Positions 28,479 through 37,104 of a stretch of DNA of 64,000 nucleotides are shown here, piece by piece. A program made the translations under genes and the position numbers. Numbering within the stretch: the stretch's first letter is position 1; each line of letters begins with the position of its first letter. The DNA is from an uncultured Hyphomicrobiaceae bacterium (GTDB taxonomy: Bacteria; Pseudomonadota; Alphaproteobacteria; Rhizobiales; Hyphomicrobiaceae), in NCBI GenBank assembly GCA_964579305.1, contig CAZOGY010000001.1, positions 24,806 through 88,805 of the forward strand, written 5' to 3'. The notes under the pieces were generated by a model that did no database searches, was not told where the DNA came from, and worked only from the letters and a program-made list of their open reading frames with translations.

Positions 28479-28655
28479 CTAAAGCCCGCGCACGAGTGCC
28501 GCCACCGCAAGCAGGCCGTAGGCGCCCAACAGCATCCAGAACGTGGCCTGCTGCAGCATTGGCAGGGCAAGACCCAGTTCGCTCGCTACGGCCGCCGCCG
28601 CGAGCATAAGCGCCAGCAAATACGTGATAAACCCAGGCGGTTTCATGAAACCCAT
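28479..28655 (-). CDS. Candidate 58-aa two-TM peptide (below the ORF-track size cutoff)
   Basis: My translation: MGFMKPPGFITYLLALMLAAAAVASELGLALPMLQQATFWMLLGAYGLLAVAALVRGL. A purine-rich GAAGGAAGGA lies about 10 nt upstream of the ATG at 28655. An alternative start is at 28646. Confidence 0.3.
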   Translation of the reverse strand: MGFMKPPGFITYLLALMLAAAAVASELGLALPMLQQATFWMLLGAYGLLAVAALVRGL

Positions 28656-28838
28656 TGGCTGGATGTCCTTCCTTCGCGGTGTGCCCCGCAGATTTTGCGC
28701 TGGGGGATCGCGCCATGGCGCTTTGCTATGATTCCGTGAGCGGCGGCGGATACAAAGGTTATGTCAGGCCGATATCGCGGTGCGCACAGCGTCTTAGCCT
28801 GTCGCGGTTTTGCATCGCCGCTGACCGAGCCCGGCGGC

Positions 28839-29159
28839 TCAGGATTGGCCGTCCAGCCAAACGCCTGTTCCCGTCATCACCACCTCGATGGCGCCTTCGG
28901 TGATCACCGGGTGACTGACGCGGACACCGACGACGGCATCGTAGCCTTGCGCGCGCGCTGACTCGGCAAGCTTTTCCTTGGCGCGTTCGAGCGTTGCGTC
29001 GAGCACCGCCTCGTAGCGGCGCATCTTGCCGCCGAAGGTGTTGGTGATGGCCTCGCGCACGTCCCTGAGGATGTTTGCGCCACTGACGGCACTGACCGTT
29101 ATGAGGTCTCCGTGACGGATGGGCGTGTGCCCGAGCGTTTCGGTGGACACGATGCGCAT
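28839..29159 (-). CDS. YbjQ-family (UPF0145) protein
   Basis: 106 aa: MRIVSTETLGHTPIRHGDLITVSAVSGANILRDVREAITNTFGGKMRRYEAVLDATLERAKEKLAESARAQGYDAVVGVRVSH... matches the YbjQ family over its full length. Confidence 0.85.
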   Translation of the reverse strand: MRIVSTETLGHTPIRHGDLITVSAVSGANILRDVREAITNTFGGKMRRYEAVLDATLERAKEKLAESARAQGYDAVVGVRVSHPVITEGAIEVVMTGTGVWLDGQS

Positions 29160-29337
29160 GGCTTGCTCCTGGGACAGCGCGGGCGGGGCGCGGCGCGGTT
29201 GGCCGCGCGGGATCGGGACTGGGTGTTCTGGCGGCTTCGATCATTCCAGGTCCACGTGCGTTCACCTGTCATAATCGAGGCTTTTGCTGGTCGCTGCATC
29301 TTTCGGTTCAGGCGATGCCGCCGAAAGGGGATGAGCT

Positions 29338-31185
29338 TCAGGCCGTGGTGCCACTGCCGGTTTGCCCGGCCGCGACGGGGCGGTTGCGACGCCCGGCGAA
29401 GAGCACGCTGCGTAGCATCAAAAGGAGCAACAGCAAGACGATCGCGCCGGTTATGACGAGGATTGGGTGCCGGTCCCACATCAAGCGCGGGTGGACCCTG
29501 CCGTCCCAGGTCGCCTCGATATCCTTGAAAATGCTGTCGATATCGAATGTGCCAGTCTCGCGCAGAAGCATTTCGACGGCATAGGTCTGATCACGGCTGG
29601 CGATAACGGCGTCGCGAACCGAGGACGATGCCAAGCGCTGCATTCTGGCCGGTGCAGCGGAAACCTGCTCAAGCACGTGCTTTTGGGCTTCGGGTTCCAG
29701 GCCGCCAATATAGTCAGAAAGCGCTGACAGTTCGGTTTCCGTCAGGCTCCGGCTCAACAGACGGAGGCGCGCATTATCGAGTTCGAAAAGGGCATCGCGC
29801 GCGCGTTGCGGCAGCGCTGTGAGCCGCAGAATCGCGAGCCGGTCTTGCAGGTTCAGGAGGCGTTGCAGCGTCGTTGCGGAAAAGTCTTGCGGCTTGGCGC
29901 GATTGTGCAAGCCCAGTTCGACCACGCGCGGCAGCCGGTCTGAGGCCAGCGTTGTCCAGTCCATGGCCGTTTTGAGGGATCGGGTTTCGCGACCAATGCG
30001 CAAGCCTTGCGGCGAAAGCGTCTGCACGGCGCGCTGCAAGCGGCCGGTTTCCAGGGCGCTTTCCACGGCCGGATCGCCGCCTTCGGCCAGGATCAGCGCC
30101 ACGATTTCATCAAGCTTGGGGAGGTTTTCATCGCCCACAACGTCGAGGTATTTGCGGAATGCTGGTTTGCTTTCGGCCAGATCGAGGACTTTGTTGTGGG
30201 CGCGCTGGAAGTCCTTCCAGATCTTCAAGATTCGCTGCGATGTCTCGCGCGCGATCTGGCGCGTTTGCGCCTTGATCTGCGTCTCAATCGACTGGGCCAG
30301 TTCTTGCTGCACCTTCGCCTTGGTCTGGGGCGATTTCATTTCCTCGGCGATGATGGGCAGCATGCCGTGGCGGAAATCCCAAATGTCTTTGGCGATGAGC
30401 GCCACCCCGATCCCGCCGGCGACGACAGAGACCAATCGGCTCAGAACCGAACCGACGAGCCGTTGGCCCAGGCGCCCTGCCATGCGCGCCAATTGACGGC
30501 GCACCAGCAGGATCACAGCGCCGGAAATGCCGTAGGCCGATTCCTTCAAGAGTGTTGACGTTTTGACGCCGGCTGCGCCTGCGTCGCCCTCAACCTCGAA
30601 CGCGGCACCGGCATCGCGGCTGACACTGCCCGCGACGGTGCTGCCATAGCGATCGCCGAGAAACAGGCGCACGCAGGTTTGGGCGGGACCGGCCGCATCG
30701 GCCGTCGTGATCACGATCGCTGCGCCGATCTGCTCGCCAACGCCGGTCGCCAAACCGGTGATGGCCTGCTTGACGGGCTCTGACCGGTAGACGCGCTCGG
30801 CGATGGCCGTTGCCAGTTCATTGGCTTTGTCGCGTGAGGCCAAAGACTGGAGCAGGCTGCCCCAACTGCTCTCACTGCGCACGCTCTCGGTGGCCGCATC
30901 AACCCGTTCGTCGATGATCCTGTCGAGATCGCCCTTGCGCCATTCATCGCGAACAACGGCGCCGTAGTCGATCTTTGCCACCCCACGCGAAAGCGCTTTG
31001 CGGGTGATGCTTTCGATGGCGGCGCGGAACTGATCGTCGCTGGTTGCTTGACAGGCTCGATAGTCGCTTTGCGCCAGGCCTGAGCTTGCGGGCGTCGCGC
31101 CCTGAGCCAGGACCGGGCTTACACTGGCAGCGGCAACCGCCAATGCGGTCACCAGACCGGTTGCTCTGTGCGATGTGGTCGTCAA
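29338..31185 (-). CDS. Hypothetical 615-aa secreted/membrane-anchored protein
   Basis: It has a signal-peptide-like N-terminus (...LVTALAVAAASVSPVLAQGA), internal hydrophobic segments (...GISGAVILLV..., ...LVSVVAGGIGVALIA...), a helical region rich in Leu/Arg/Glu, and a C-terminal TM (HPILVITGAIVLLLLLLMLRSVLF). The composition looks like a real protein. I recognise no family. Confidence 0.6.
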   Translation of the reverse strand: MTTTSHRATGLVTALAVAAASVSPVLAQGATPASSGLAQSDYRACQATSDDQFRAAIESITRKALSRGVAKIDYGAVVRDEWRKGDLDRIIDERVDAATESVRSESSWGSLLQSLASRDKANELATAIAERVYRSEPVKQAITGLATGVGEQIGAAIVITTADAAGPAQTCVRLFLGDRYGSTVAGSVSRDAGAAFEVEGDAGAAGVKTSTLLKESAYGISGAVILLVRRQLARMAGRLGQRLVGSVLSRLVSVVAGGIGVALIAKDIWDFRHGMLPIIAEEMKSPQTKAKVQQELAQSIETQIKAQTRQIARETSQRILKIWKDFQRAHNKVLDLAESKPAFRKYLDVVGDENLPKLDEIVALILAEGGDPAVESALETGRLQRAVQTLSPQGLRIGRETRSLKTAMDWTTLASDRLPRVVELGLHNRAKPQDFSATTLQRLLNLQDRLAILRLTALPQRARDALFELDNARLRLLSRSLTETELSALSDYIGGLEPEAQKHVLEQVSAAPARMQRLASSSVRDAVIASRDQTYAVEMLLRETGTFDIDSIFKDIEATWDGRVHPRLMWDRHPILVITGAIVLLLLLLMLRSVLFAGRRNRPVAAGQTGSGTTA

Positions 31186-32032
31186 GCTTTCTACTCCACC
31201 CGTTTTGCGTCACGCCTTGCACGCATCAGCCGTGTCACTCGCCCTGTGCCGATGCGCCGGCTCGTCAGCGAAAGCCAGTGGCTCTTGCCATACCAACGCT
31301 CCGGCGCCTTAAAACGCTCCGGAGCTTTTCCAGCCGCGCTTTGGCTTGGGGACGTTGGCGCCGGGCACCGACTTGGCGTGTTCTAACGCAGTTCACTCCC
31401 AATTTTGATGACGATCTTGCCATGCGCTGTGGCCGGAATGTTGCGGTGGCGGGGACGTGTGCTGCGTCGACACGGGCGGCGTGATCTTCGCTTTGTGCAA
31501 TGAAGGTGCGACAATTTCGCAGCTCATCCTCTGTTTGTCTTTGAAATTATTGATTTTTCCAAATTGAGCATGCGCGCGGACGCCAATCGGTCACTTGCCA
31601 GGGCCGAATCCGCAGTGCATGTGGCGCGCCGATTTGGCGCCAGGGTGGTGTGTGCATCTTTTGCTGCGGTGCAGCGAGCCATGCCTCAATGAACGATCAC
31701 AGCGGGTTAGACGTAATTGTGCAGACATCGGTCGGAGGTTGGCCGGTGCATCACGCTGCACAGCACGCAAGAGGTTGCAAAACGCACGAAAACAAAACGG
31801 CCCTTAACCAGTGCACGCGCAATTTCGTGAATTCCGTAGCAACTTTCTGGAGTTACAAGCGATTGGTCAGTCGTAACGTCGCCAATCGCACCCCAGGTCG
31901 CGGGAAGACACGCAGTTGCGCTTTGTCCGTGACCAGCCGCCCCGATACGCAATCGGTTCGGCACGGTGCGGTTCGCGATGATGCAAAAGCCAGAGTTGCT
32001 CGCGGTCGGTTCGGACCGTGCAAGACCCAGAG

Positions 32033-32974
32033 ATGAAAATGAGCCAGCAAATCTCCAGTCCAAGCTTGATGCCGGATCTGAACCTGGAAGGCGGGCGCGT
32101 TGGCGTGCTCATGCTGCACGGACTTGGCGGCACACCCGCGGAATTGCGCTATCTCGCCCAGGGTCTCAACCGGAAGGGCTTGGCCGTGGCGTGCCCGTTG
32201 CTCAAAGGGCATGGCGGGTCGGACCTGCTGTTGAACACGGCGACCTGGCCTGACTGGGTCGCTTCAGGGCGTGCGGCGTTCGCGCAGTTGGCCGAGCGCT
32301 GTGATCGCGTTGTGATCTGCGGGCAATCCGCCGGTGCGATGATCGCCATTCATTTGGCCTCGGAACTCTGCGGCCGTGAGAAGACCGGGCAAGCGGCGGC
32401 GTCGAAGCTGGCGGGGCTTGTGTTGTGCTCGCCGACGTTCTGGCCGGATGGCTGGGCCATTCCGCGCACCTTGCAAGCGTTCCGGATCGTGCAACAGCGC
32501 TGGCTCGCCGATCTGTTCTGCTTTCATGAGCGCGCGCCCTACGGCATCAAGGACGAGCGTCTGCGGAAGTTCGTGCTGGACTCCCTGCAGCAGGATGGCC
32601 GGCCGCTCGACGACATTTTCGGACGCCGCGGCGGGACCGTCTATGAGTTTCGCAAATTGGCCGACAAGGCACGACGCAAGCTTAAGCACATTTCGGTGCC
32701 TTCGCTGGTGTTCCACGCCCGTGATGACGACCAGGCGGCGCTAGGGAATGCGCTGCGCGTGGTGCGTGGTGTGAAGGGCCGTGTCGATCTTGTTGTGTTG
32801 GACGACAGCTATCACCTGGTGTCGCTCGATCGGCAACGCGGTGTCGTCCTCAGTGAGACAGCCCGGTTTGTCGAGCGCGTCGCCGGAGTGGTGTCCGCCG
32901 ATCAAATCGCGCAGGGCGTCAGCGCTGGTGGTGGCGCTGCCGCCACCGCCACCGCAACCGTCGTCAACCAGTAG
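32033..32974 (+). CDS. Alpha/beta hydrolase (esterase/lysophospholipase-like)
   Basis: ...GVLMLHGLGGTPAELRYLAQGL...VICGQSAGAMIAIHLA... includes the nucleophile elbow GQSAG. Start trimmed to the ATG at 32033. Confidence 0.75.
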   Translation: MKMSQQISSPSLMPDLNLEGGRVGVLMLHGLGGTPAELRYLAQGLNRKGLAVACPLLKGHGGSDLLLNTATWPDWVASGRAAFAQLAERCDRVVICGQSAGAMIAIHLASELCGREKTGQAAASKLAGLVLCSPTFWPDGWAIPRTLQAFRIVQQRWLADLFCFHERAPYGIKDERLRKFVLDSLQQDGRPLDDIFGRRGGTVYEFRKLADKARRKLKHISVPSLVFHARDDDQAALGNALRVVRGVKGRVDLVVLDDSYHLVSLDRQRGVVLSETARFVERVAGVVSADQIAQGVSAGGGAAATATATVVNQ

Positions 32975-33023
32975 GGTGGCGCTGGCGGTTGCCGGCTGCG
33001 TGCGTGGGCGGCCTGAGCTGCGG

Positions 33024-33500
33024 TCAATCGCAGCGCTCAAGGTCGGCCGGCGCCCGCTTCCAGATCAAGGTCCGCGAAAAGATCTTGAGGCCCTTGTAAC
33101 CGACCACTCGCAGGCGGCGTGGGCTTTCGGCCGTGATCTGGACATCAAAGCGCTTGCCCTGCTTGGGATCATAGATCCAGCCTTCGTCCCACGATCCATC
33201 GGACATCCGCTTCAGACCGCCGAGAACCTGAAGCCCGCAAATCGGTCTTGAGCGCTGGCCGCGTGCGGGGTTGAGCCGGTCGGTCAGCGGATTGCCATTC
33301 GCGTCCGTTGGCTTTTGCAGCCACACGATATGCCCGCAAAGGCTTTGGCCGCATTGGCTGACTTCCACCGCGCCGCGGCCGGTGTCGTCAAACCAGACGC
33401 CAGCCTCGGCGGAGCGCTCTGCGCGGGCGCTGGTTGCGGCGAGGGCCAAAGCCAGCGTGCACACGGTGAGCGACCGGCTATTCCACCCATAAAGGCTCAT
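33024..33500 (-). CDS. DUF2147-family periplasmic protein
   Basis: It has a signal peptide (…LTVCTLALALAATSARA), then GVWFDDTGRGAVEVSQCGQSLCGHIVWLQKP...GWIYDPKQGKRFDV, the DUF2147 pattern. Start trimmed to the ATG at 33500; the track start at 33704 is an extension. Confidence 0.75.
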   Translation of the reverse strand: MSLYGWNSRSLTVCTLALALAATSARAERSAEAGVWFDDTGRGAVEVSQCGQSLCGHIVWLQKPTDANGNPLTDRLNPARGQRSRPICGLQVLGGLKRMSDGSWDEGWIYDPKQGKRFDVQITAESPRRLRVVGYKGLKIFSRTLIWKRAPADLERCD

Positions 33501-34030
33501 GTCCAAAACTCCCACTTCGCTTGTTTTGGTTTGTGACAAATCTGAAAGATAAGGGGCCACGCATCTTGTCGATTGCTGTAAACGGCTCCAGACCCGTATT
33601 GGTGTGTGCCAGCCCAGGTTCTGGCGAAACCGGCCTTGCAAAGATCGATCCGGTTGCCGGCATTTCACCTGAACTGGAACACAGATCCCGGATGCGATTG
33701 CCATCGGATCTTATCAATTTGGCAAACGGTGTTCTGTTTTATTGCAACTCGCGCCGTTTTCGTGACATTGCGATGGTCACGCACGGGGGAGAGAGCGGAT
33801 TTGCCGCGCGATTGTGATCACGCCGGGCGGTCGATGACCGCAGCGCTGCCGCAATTTAAGCGTTGAACCCGCCATCTTTGCGGAATTGGCGAGGTCATTC
33901 ACCAAAAACGCCATGGCGCGACACGATGCGAAACGTCGGACCTCCGGCGTTTCAAGCGGGCAAAGCCGAAGTGTTCGGATCGAAGAATCCGAGCGGCCCG
34001 GCGCGCGAATTAACGGAGCCACTCTGCCCC

Positions 34031-35158
34031 ATGATTTTCACACTGGCGCTTCGAAACCTGTTTCACGATCGTATGCGTTTGATTGTCACGGTCGTCGGGA
34101 TCATGTTTTCGATCGTGCTCGTCGCAATCCAGCTCGGGCTTTATTCCGGCGCAAGTCGGATGATCGTTTCCATGATCGAGCGCGCGGACGCCGATCTTTG
34201 GATTGCGGCTTACGGCACGAGTAGTTTCGAAGAATCCGGTGTTTTGACGGGGCGTGAACGGTACGCGGCGCTGTCGACGCCGGGCGTCGTCTCAGCGACG
34301 CCGCTTGTTGCATCCTTCAGCCGGTGGAAGAAGCGCAGCGGCGGCAAGCAGCTTTGCGTGATCATCGGCTCAGACCCCCGTGACGGCGGACTTGCGCCCT
34401 GGAACATCGTGTCGGGGGATCTTGCCTCCATCCAATTGCCTGACGCCGTCGCGGTCGATCAGACCTACTATGAAACGTTGGATGTGAACGGGCTGGAAGA
34501 CGTTGGCGAAGTCAACGGCCAGCGGGTGCGGGTGAAAGCGCTGACGTATGGTATCCGATCGTTCACGACAAACCCCTATATCTTCACCACGCTCGATCGC
34601 GCGCGGACGCTGTTGGATATTCCGCCGGATGGGGCCTCCTACTACCTGGTGAATATCGCCGAGGGTGCAGACGTCGAAGCTGTCCGGGCCGATCTGCAAA
34701 AACGGCTGCCCGACGTGGAGGTTATGACGCAGTCAGAATTTTCGGCGCGCAGCCTCGCGCGCTGGCTGTTTGGCACCGGTGCGGGCATTGCGTTGATTGG
34801 TGGGACGTTGCTTGGCTCGCTGGTCGGCACGGTCATTGTGGCCCAGACGCTTTATTCCAGCACCAAGGATCATCTCAATGAGTTTGCGACGCTGCGTGCG
34901 CTTGGGTCGTCGTCGGGCTACATCCACAAAGTGATCCTGACCCAGGCGGCGCTGAGTGCGGTGCTTGGCTATGTGCTTGGCATGGCGATCGCGATCCCAG
35001 TCATCATCCTCTCTCAAAATAGCGCGCTTCCAATCATCATGACGCCGCTGTTGGCGTTCGGCTTGTTTGCGCTCACCGTTTTCATGTGCGCGATCTCAGC
35101 CATCGCTGCGATCATGAAAGTGACGAAAATCGATCCTGCGATGGTGTTTGCGCGATGA
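34031..35158 (+). CDS. ABC exporter permease, FtsX/MacB/DevC type
   Basis: MIFTLALRNLFHDRMRLIVTVVGIMFSIVLVAIQLGL..., then a large loop, then a C-terminal FtsX-type TM bundle. Start trimmed to the ATG at 34031. Its stop overlaps the ATPase ATG (ATGA at 35155-35158). Confidence 0.8.
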   Translation: MIFTLALRNLFHDRMRLIVTVVGIMFSIVLVAIQLGLYSGASRMIVSMIERADADLWIAAYGTSSFEESGVLTGRERYAALSTPGVVSATPLVASFSRWKKRSGGKQLCVIIGSDPRDGGLAPWNIVSGDLASIQLPDAVAVDQTYYETLDVNGLEDVGEVNGQRVRVKALTYGIRSFTTNPYIFTTLDRARTLLDIPPDGASYYLVNIAEGADVEAVRADLQKRLPDVEVMTQSEFSARSLARWLFGTGAGIALIGGTLLGSLVGTVIVAQTLYSSTKDHLNEFATLRALGSSSGYIHKVILTQAALSAVLGYVLGMAIAIPVIILSQNSALPIIMTPLLAFGLFALTVFMCAISAIAAIMKVTKIDPAMVFAR

Positions 35159-35907
35159 GTGAAACGGTCATTGCCGAAGCCAAAAACGTCGTCAAAGAAC
35201 TCGGCCAGGGTGCAGGCAAAGTGCGTGCACTTAAAGGTGTCGATCTGACGTTGCGGCCTGGCGAACTTACGCTTTTGATGGGGCCATCCGGCAGCGGGAA
35301 GACGACCCTGTTGTCAATCATGGGCTGCATCCTGACGCCGACAAGCGGCGTCGTCACGGTTGGCGGTACGACGACGAACGGCCTCAGCCCGGAAGAGTTG
35401 GCCGATGTGCGGCGTCAGCACATTGGCTTCATCTTCCAATCCTACAACCTGTTCCCCACGTTGAACGCCATCGAGAACGTGCGGCTTGCGCTTGATGTGC
35501 GGGGCATGGGGTATGCTGAAACCGTGGAGCGGGCAGAACTTGCGTTGCGGGAAGTTGGCCTTGCCCATCGCCTCAAGAGCTTTCCGGGCGGGATGAGCGG
35601 CGGTGAACAGCAGCGGGTTGCGGTCGCGCGTGCGATCGCGTCGCGGCCATCACTGATCCTGGCCGACGAGCCAACGGCCGCGCTCGATAGCGAGAATGGC
35701 CATGCCGTCATGCGGCTTTTGGCCGAGATCGCGCAGGACAAGAGCCGCGCGGTGCTTGCGGTGACGCATGATCCGCGCACTCACGCGTACGCTGACCGCA
35801 TCGTGCGCATTGAAGACGGTGAAATCATTGGTGATGAGGACCGCGCAACGGCCTCTGGTAATGTCACGCAGTACGACCTGACAAGGAAGCGTAAACAGCA
35901 TGCCTAA
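35155..35907 (+). CDS. ABC transporter ATP-binding protein (MacB/LolD/DevA type)
   Basis: It has Walker A (GPSGSGKTTL), the signature (MSGGEQQRVAVARA) and Walker B (LILADEPTAALD). The ATG at 35155 is coupled to the permease. Confidence 0.9.
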   Translation: MSETVIAEAKNVVKELGQGAGKVRALKGVDLTLRPGELTLLMGPSGSGKTTLLSIMGCILTPTSGVVTVGGTTTNGLSPEELADVRRQHIGFIFQSYNLFPTLNAIENVRLALDVRGMGYAETVERAELALREVGLAHRLKSFPGGMSGGEQQRVAVARAIASRPSLILADEPTAALDSENGHAVMRLLAEIAQDKSRAVLAVTHDPRTHAYADRIVRIEDGEIIGDEDRATASGNVTQYDLTRKRKQHA

Positions 35908-37012
35908 GCTCGATTCGACAGTCACGACGTTTTTCGTCTCCGTGGCGCTCGCGGCCGGCATCGTCGGCGTTATCGATCAACTGCAGCCGGGTCGCGGTTT
36001 TCCGGGCCTCGTTGCGGGCTCGCCGGCCAACGCGCAAACGGTCAGTGAAAACCGGGATCAGTCGGTGACTTCGCAATGGGCCGCGACCGCGCCGGGTAAA
36101 GTGGAACCGGCTGGCGGTATCATCGAAATCCGGCCCGAGGTCGCCGGTGTTGTGACGGCGGTCCATGTCAAGACGGGGGATCGCGTCGACGCTGGCGAAA
36201 TCCTCATACAACTCAAGGACGACGAGTTGCAGGCCCGGATGAGAGCCGCGCTGACCGAGGTCCGCATCCGAGAGCGCGAGCGCGGCGAGGACAATCCTTC
36301 CAAGAATGCCAAGGCGCGCCTTGATGCCGAAGACCGGGTGTTTGACGCAGAACGCGCGCTACACGATGCACGGCGCAAGCGCGATGCGGCATGGCTCGCA
36401 AAGCGCACCGGCTCCAATGAAACGGCGGATCTGAAAGCGGCACAGGATGCTGTCGCGGCAGCCGAGACCGAATTGACGGACGCACAAAAGGCGCTTGATG
36501 ACATCGTTGCCAAGGATGAGACGCCATTGCCGACACGGCTGGAGGGCGGCTTGCAGGCGGCGCGTTCGGAACTGCGCGTTCTAGAAATCGCGATGGAGCG
36601 GTTGCGCATCCGTGCGCCAGCGGAGGGCCGCGTTCTGACCTTGGATGCGCGGGTCGGCGAATTGGCCAGTGCTTCGGCCAGGTCGCCATTGGTGCGGTTT
36701 GGTGGTGCCGGTCCGCTGAACGTGCGCGCGGAAGTGGCCGAGCGCGATCTTGCCAATGTCAAAGTCGGCCAGAGCGTTTTGATTGAGACCAGCGCATTTC
36801 CGGGTCAGCAGTTCGAAGGCACTGTTGTCCAACTTGCGCCCTCGTTGAGCGCGCCGAAAATCGGGGGGCGCGGGCCGCGCAGCCAGAGCGACGTTGACGT
36901 TGTTGAGGTGATGATCGACGTCACGGCGCAGACACCGCTTTTGGCGGGCATGCGGGTGGACGTGTATTTCAAGCCGATCAAGACGGCGGCCAACACCCAA
37001 GCCGATGGGTAA
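35900..37012 (+). CDS. HlyD-family periplasmic adaptor (membrane fusion protein, DevB-like)
   Basis: It has an N-terminal TM, a lipoyl-like motif (…VKTGDRVDAGEILIQLKDDELQ…), a long coiled coil and a beta-barrel C-terminus. It overlaps the ATPase 3' end by 8 nt. Confidence 0.8.
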   Translation: MPKLDSTVTTFFVSVALAAGIVGVIDQLQPGRGFPGLVAGSPANAQTVSENRDQSVTSQWAATAPGKVEPAGGIIEIRPEVAGVVTAVHVKTGDRVDAGEILIQLKDDELQARMRAALTEVRIRERERGEDNPSKNAKARLDAEDRVFDAERALHDARRKRDAAWLAKRTGSNETADLKAAQDAVAAAETELTDAQKALDDIVAKDETPLPTRLEGGLQAARSELRVLEIAMERLRIRAPAEGRVLTLDARVGELASASARSPLVRFGGAGPLNVRAEVAERDLANVKVGQSVLIETSAFPGQQFEGTVVQLAPSLSAPKIGGRGPRSQSDVDVVEVMIDVTAQTPLLAGMRVDVYFKPIKTAANTQADG

Positions 37013-37056
37013 TCACCCACGCGCATGTGTCAGATCAGGGTGTCGGGTTGGGAACC

Positions 37057-37086
37057 GAGCCGGGTGCATTGCCCGGCTCTTTTTTT
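37057..37086 (+). terminator. Rho-independent terminator after the ABC exporter operon
   Basis: Read directly: GAGCCGGG (37057-37064), loop TGCATTG, CCCGGCTC (37072-37079), then TTTTTTT (37080-37086). Confidence 0.7.
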
Positions 37087-37104
37087 GCGCAGGGGCGTTC
37101 GATT

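Noticed and set aside
31393-31527. A 44-aa minus-strand ORF (MSCEIVAPSLHKAKITPPVSTQHTSPPPQHSGHSAWQDRHQNWE) in the long intergenic gap.
   Set aside because: The AGAGGA lies directly against the ATG with no spacer, the composition is hydrophilic and low in complexity, and there is no supporting context.
33863-34030. N-terminal extensions in the ORF track. Examples: permease from 33863, ATPase from 35086, TetR from 43382, DUF2147 from 33704, the NHase beta-N homolog from 61471, aminotransferase from 53365, bchG from 10240, bchI from 14332 and bchD from 15311.
   Set aside because: The extensions are Arg/Pro/Gly-rich and overlap upstream genes or intergenic promoters. Internal ATG or GTG starts with an SD, or with ATGA coupling, give N-termini typical of each family.
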